From Eledone cirrhosa (taxonomy: Eukaryota), in contig OZ024743.1 in NCBI GenBank assembly GCA_964016885.1, forward strand, positions 40,424,001-40,488,000: DNA of 64,000 nucleotides. The letters run 5' to 3'. Both the position numbers and the translations under genes were made by a program. Within the stretch, counting starts at the first letter, position 1, and each line of letters starts with the position of its first letter. This document shows, piece by piece, positions 54,670-64,000 of this stretch. The notes below the pieces were generated by a model. That model saw only the letters and a program-made list of their open reading frames with translations. It ran no database searches and had not been told where the DNA came from.

Positions 54670-56680
54670 CATCCGTCGATTCCTTGCTGATTCAAATATA
54701 TTTATTGCACTAAAGTGTGATCTTCTTTATTCAGATGACTCTGATATTGTTAGTCAACGACTGATAGGTTTGGGCTGACAATCAGCTTCAACAAGATAGT
54801 GGTGATATACAATCCTGCACACGAAAAGCCATATATTCCACCATCCAAACCTATCAAAGGGAAAATATTGAAGGTTATGTGTAAGTTCGTCTACATGTGT
54901 AATACTCTCTCCAGAGCCTGTATTCTTTCCTACAATGTGAGTTACCGCTGCAGTCTAATGCTGCAGTTGCTGTTGCTAAGCTGGAGAAGAACCTGTGGTC
55001 ACAGTCAGTTTTCACAAAACCGTTGAAGTGTATGTGTGTTTGCCGCTTTGCTCTACGGATGTCGGACATGTACAAATTAGAGTGGGCATATCCAGAGACT
55101 CGAACGTCTCCACCAACCATCCTTTTGCTGATCCTCAATATCACATGGATGTCCCATAACCAAACACTTATATGCTGCAACGTGTCTTCCTGACAAGCGT
55201 CAAGCTCCGATTTTCAAGTCGTATATTGTGTTTAGAAGACAGTATGGTTTGGAGAGATTTTGAAAGGCAAACGCCCGCTGTACAAACTATACAAGCGATA
55301 TGGTACTGTGACGAACGTCAATATCAACAGTGGAACTTAGGAAAATATCACAACACATAGAGCCCAGTGACAAAATCTAATTGCTAACGTTGTTAAAGAT
55401 TATGAATAGAAATGGATTGCTTATGCTGAAGTGAGCAGCCAATTGTATGGGTGATATTGATACCCTCCCAGAGCGGGTTCTAAATAAACTCTAACATGCG
55501 AGGGATGTTAACTTGTATGCATATAAAACTCTGGATTTTAAATAATAGCATGCGTCATACTCATGGAAATAACTCTTGAGCACCCCAAGTACTACATACA
55601 GCTTTATTTTGCATATAGCATCTATACCAAAGTGTATCATTCTGCAAGTATGATAAATCGCATCAAAGCATTCCACGCCAATCAAGCTTAAGCAAGAGAG
55701 ACACATACCTGTACACTATGGAATAACGTCAAATTTACTTGCTGGTTTGATGGACCATCTAAAGTGACATCAGCGACATAAATACATTGTGTATGTATGT
55801 ATTTATGTATGCACCTAAGTATGTATTCATGTATGTATGTGTGTATGTGTGTAAGTACGTGTGTATGTATGTATGTATGTATGTATGTATGTATGTATGT
55901 ATGTATGTATGTATGTATGTATGTATGTATGTATGTATAGATCATGTGTTCTGTCTGCTCTTTTATACACCTACGAAACCTGGACGCTATTCCTTAAACA
56001 CATCAAATTGCTTGAGCGTTTTCAGCAGAAATATCTAAGGCGCTTATTCAACATCAAGTTGCAAGACAGCGGAATGTCTCTAGAAACATCTCAAATGCGT
56101 TGGACAGGACTTATCTTCTGCATGAAAGAAAGCGGGATCCCAAAGCAATTGTTTTACGGTGAGCTCCATTTTGGAAAAAGGTCACAACATAAAACGAAAT
56201 CAAGGACAGCATGAAGAACAACCTCACAGATCTGGCGTTCGATATCGACAACTGGAACGAAATAGCTCTTAAGAGGGCTGAGCAGAGAAACCGCATAAAG
56301 GGCAGTTGCAAATCTTTTGAAGAATATCGCCTTGACCCTAAAGAACTGAAGCTGCAGAAGAGTCATGCTCAGAGTCTTAATGAAGTCATCAGTAGTTAGG
56401 CATGTGAATTTTGTCAACGTGTACTTCTCTCAAAATCTAGTTACGTTAATCACTTGAAGTCACGTGAAAGAACAACCACCCGCACCACCAGTTAACAAAG
56501 ACCTGGTGAAAGAACGTGTGTGATATGCAATAACGTCTGTAGAAATATTTCCGGACCGAAAAAAACTCATGGTGATGCATAAAGATTGTATCCCACAAAA
56601 TGACCCCACTGATTCTGTGGAAAGCACAATTTTCTTCTGTTACTGTCATAAGCCATGGAGAACTGCAGCGGGTCTAAACA
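54670..56680 (+). mobile_element. Degenerate RTE-clade LINE 3' half, interrupted at ~55020-55935
   Basis: LLYSDD, GLTISFNK, KPYIPP, VLSALLYTYETWT, MRWTG, IPKQLFYGEL. Confidence 0.82.
55030..55730 (-). mobile_element. Very old CR1/L2-like fragment nested in the RTE
   Basis: CRMIHFG and LGVL remnants plus an MGHP (RGH-like) motif. Confidence 0.4.
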
Positions 56681-59128
56681 TTCATATACGAAGTCTTGGA
56701 CGTGGATAGGATGACAATGTCGAAACAATAAGAGACGTCAACTCCCTGTGTGCAAACCTCATGTACGTACGTGCGTATGTATGTATGTATGTATGTAAGT
56801 GCAGCAAACGACCCGAACCAATGATAAAAGACACTTGCTCTCGTGTTTGTTAAGCAAAGTTCGTAACTCATCCGCCGTGATGTTGCGTCCATATTTAATA
56901 TATATTACCTACTTATACATCCTTTCACTGTGTTCCAATAAAAGACCTTGAGAACTTCGTTAATGTTACACGTATTTGTAACATGCTCCACCAGAGGTTT
57001 CATAATAAAATATTCTATGAGTCGAACAACTAGAAACATCGTCACTGAAAGCGGCGAAAATTCAACTTCAACATCTATCTGATATATTTTATATCTTCAT
57101 ATTCAACTCCCTCCTTTAGATGATTTGCTGGTCACTTGGTGGTTAATTTATATTTGTCCTTAACCCCATAATATCATGATACATGGATTATGTTCAATCT
57201 ACTTTATTTGATTTATGAGCCGGAATGATCTTTATACACTTGCCTTCTTAATTCAGATCTGGCACCCGAATATCGAACAGGAATAGAAATTCAAACCGAA
57301 TACTCAAGCAACGATTCTCTTTGTGTTGCTTAAAAATATTATTTTTGCCTAACGTATAACTGACATAAATAGAATTTCAAAAAGTATTTACCACGCGTCG
57401 AACGTGATTCTTTGCGCTGTTGTTTTCGGTCATTTGTGTTCTGAGTTCAAATCCCAGTGTCGTTAAATATATTTACAGTTCGAGACTGGCAGGATTATTA
57501 AAGTGTTGGACGTGATATTTTATGGTATCTCTTTTGCCAATTTGCGTTCCATGTTCGTCTGCGATAGCATTCTTGCTAATGTTTATCGGTTTTAGCTTTT
57601 CTCTAAGACAAAACCAATGGCGTAGAAAAAGAATTCTTGAATTTATGGGAAATCACTGGTCTTTTACAAGACACGTTAACCAAGCTTATACTTTATGCGT
57701 AATCCTTCTAAGTACAAGCCCACGGTCAGTCACGATAAAAAGGAGGCCGGTTTGTATCAATTCTAAAGCGAACCTTTGGCAAAGGCTATCCTTCATTTTC
57801 AAAGAATATTTTTGTAAGTTAATTCATATTGGATATATATATATATTGTGATACAAATTATTAGCATTTTTATCACACCGCTGCACTCCCCAAGAATTAT
57901 GTTAAAGCTACATGAGACTGTAAAATACTCAGTCACGTACATGGTAATTTAACGAATACGCTATTCTATTAATCGATCAACTGACACGCTGATCATCGAA
58001 ACCGATCAAGCTCCATTTTCGTAAATTCATTTCATTGGTAACGATTAATTCGTCATCTCATAGCAAGTGTATTGGGACTCCAATTGTTTGCAATTGTTCA
58101 CGTATTCCTTTTGCTTTCTTATAAATCAATTCCCATTTCAACTCTGAATCATTGTGACTGAAAGAATAACATTTGATAGATGGAAATTATATACATGCTC
58201 TTCTTGGAAAACCGTTCCTCTTCAAGTGTGGTATGCATAATCTCTAGTCACTCACAACCTGGCTCTTAGGTAGTCTTTTACCGAGTATGTTCTATTTCAA
58301 GCATTCGGTTAAGTTACCGTTCTAAGTATACATTCCTATTCCTACCACATGGAATCTATCGTAAAAGAGTTGAAAAGTGACATGATCGTTGTCCGATCAC
58401 CTCTAAGAAGTTTCTATTTCTATTTTCTGTTTTTAAAAAGATCCTTTGTCATGTAGAAGCATATATTAAGGTTAATACTGTTGAATTGTAATAAGTCCCA
58501 TCACACAATTACACTTCTATACACAGGCAAATATCTTTCAATGCTTTAACATGCAATGTCATATTATACCATGCCATGCCATGCCATGTCATACCATGCT
58601 ATGCCATAACTTGTCCTGCCTTGTCATGTCATTGACTCTTATGTAGTAGTGGAGTCATCCTGACGAGTGGTTAAGAGTATTTGAACCTGGCACAGTCCAT
58701 TCCACCACAGCTCTGAACACAGCTGAAATTATTTCGGTTAAGGATCAAAGAGAGAGGGGGGGAGATAAAGCAAGAAAAAGATATAAAGAATATACCCAAG
58801 TATGTGACTGTTACTTTACTTATCGAGAGAGCCGTATAAAAATCACAAACCGTTATACCAGACGTTCTAACATCTCTGCTAATTAGTCACTTATCGGATG
58901 CAATATTAGTCCTAATATATTTCGATTTCTTGTTTGGTTGATAGACTTAACCTGTCATATCTAACTTCAGTGAAGTTACCTCCGTTACTATGATTTTAAA
59001 TTAACGTTCTGTTCCGATCATAAGTTTATCCGTTTCGCCCATCTGACTTAGAAGTCTTCGAAAGGGACATATGCGCTGTACTTACTCTTCGAGGAAATGT
59101 TTAAAATCATTCTGACACTCACACATAC

Positions 59129-59195
<67 letters not shown>

Positions 59196-59199
<4 letters not shown>

Positions 59200-60066
59200 A
59201 CGGTCCGGTTGCTGTCTTCTTAACAAACCACTCTTCAGTGATTGACCTCGATGTCACGTGATAAATTCTTTTGAATTTGCCACCGACGCAGTAGGTAGTG
59301 ATTTTTTCAATAGCTTGGAATTTAGTCCACGCTCTGCTTTTTTCCATCCACTGAATTATTTGTGTATAAGTTCCCTGTGTCCACGTATTGCCTGGAAACT
59401 TAGCTGAGAATATAGACTTCCCTGATGACGAAAGGCTTCTCCGTACGTTTCTTCGGAAACTATGTTTATTCCCTTTCAGAAACTAATTAGTTGAAGTGAA
59501 ATTTTAGTAAGTAAGTTAATTTTATAATTTTCTTATTTTACGTCTCTCATATTATTGTTCTGCATCCCCATGCATTGAACCACAATGTTACTAAGACAAA
59601 ACCTATATATTTGCTAGTATAAGTATGCATCTGTGTATATATATGTTACTAGATATACTAATTCTTTATAATTATCTCCAAATTATTTTGTCGAGCAAAA
59701 ATTGGCCAAAACTGCTACTATAGTAACGGTCCGGCTGCTGTCTTCTTAACAAACCACTCTTCACTGATTGACCTCGATGTCACGTGATAGATTCTTTTGA
59801 ATTTGCCACCGACGCAGTAGGCAGTGATTTTTTCAATGGCTTGGAATTTAGTCCCCGCTCTGCTTTTTTCCATCCACTAAATTATTTTTGTATAAGTTCC
59901 CTGTGTCCACGTATTGCCTGGAAACTTAGCTGAGAATAGACTTCCCTGATGACGAAAGGCTTCTCCGTACGTTTCTTCGGAAACTATGCTTATTCCCTTT
60001 CAGAAAGTAATTAGTTGGAGTGAAATTTTAGTAAGTAAGTTACTTATATAATTTTCTTATTTTACG

Positions 60067-60072
<6 letters not shown>
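59196..60072 (+). mobile_element. Family H: 525-bp non-coding tandem unit (1.7 copies) with HHR, retrozyme-like
   Basis: tagtaacggtccgg at 59196 and 59721, near-identical repeats, (TA)n on both sides. Confidence 0.85.
59416..59497 (+). ncRNA. Type I hammerhead ribozyme (family H); second copy at 59940-60021
   Basis: ACTTCC-CTGATGA-C-GAAAGG(...GTTTC TTCG GAAAC...)CCTTTC-A-GAAA-CTAATTA-GTT-GAAGT. Confidence 0.6.
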
Positions 60073-60097
<25 letters not shown>

Positions 60098-60099
<2 letters not shown>

Positions 60100-60418
60100 G
60101 CGGATTCCAGCAGAAGCAAACGGTGGGTAAATATTGAGGACGAAAACATCGTTATTGACTGTGGTCGTTGTAAAGAGAGTTTTCCTTTGCCCAGCTCTCT
60201 GCTGGAACTCAATTTAAGCGAAATTGAGTTCCAGCAGAGAGCAGGGCAAAGGATAACTCTCTTGACAACGACCGGAGTCAATAACGATCTTTTCGTCGTC
60301 AACATTTACCCACCGTTTGCTTCTGCTGGAATCCACTAGATCGGACTACGTCCTCAGTTTCGAAATTCGTAGCTAAAGACTTTCAAAATATTTATTGATA
60401 AACATACCGTATATCGAT
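60098..60418. mobile_element. Hairpin insert (family I) in (TA)n
   Basis: Arms 60098-60214 and 60221-60338 plus an ~80 bp right extension. Confidence 0.82.
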
Positions 60419-60455
60419 ATATATATAAAATTCTATGACTTACATAAATACATAC

Positions 60456-60519
<64 letters not shown>

Positions 60520-60537
60520 TATATATATATATATATA

Positions 60538-64000
<3,463 letters not shown>

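Overview
AT-rich animal DNA packed with (TA)n, (CA)n and (ATT)n microsatellites. The SINE and LINE repertoire suggests an octopus-like cephalopod (inference). No confident host gene was found; nearly everything recognisable is transposon-derived. There are two ecological layers. (1) (TA)n tracts hold Penelope-like elements (a Naiad-type family in 5 pieces, a Neptune-like copy) and about ten short non-coding inserts, many folded back on themselves. Several carry type I hammerhead ribozyme (HHR) folds. Two are ORF-less tandem monomers (525 and 647 nt) that look like retrozymes. The Naiad family carries a well-formed HHR with a non-canonical CAGAAGA core in all 7 copies, and one inverted fragment starts at its predicted cleavage site. 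(2) From about 33.7 to 52.9 kb, (ATT/AAT)n tracts hold a pile-up of R4/Dong-like LINEs (one nearly intact), Tx1/L1-clade LINEs and tRNA-derived SINEs with strict strand polarity. Also present are mariner, Helitron (PIF1 helicase), RTE and CR1 remnants and a solo LTR. All folds and alignments were done by eye and element boundaries are approximate.
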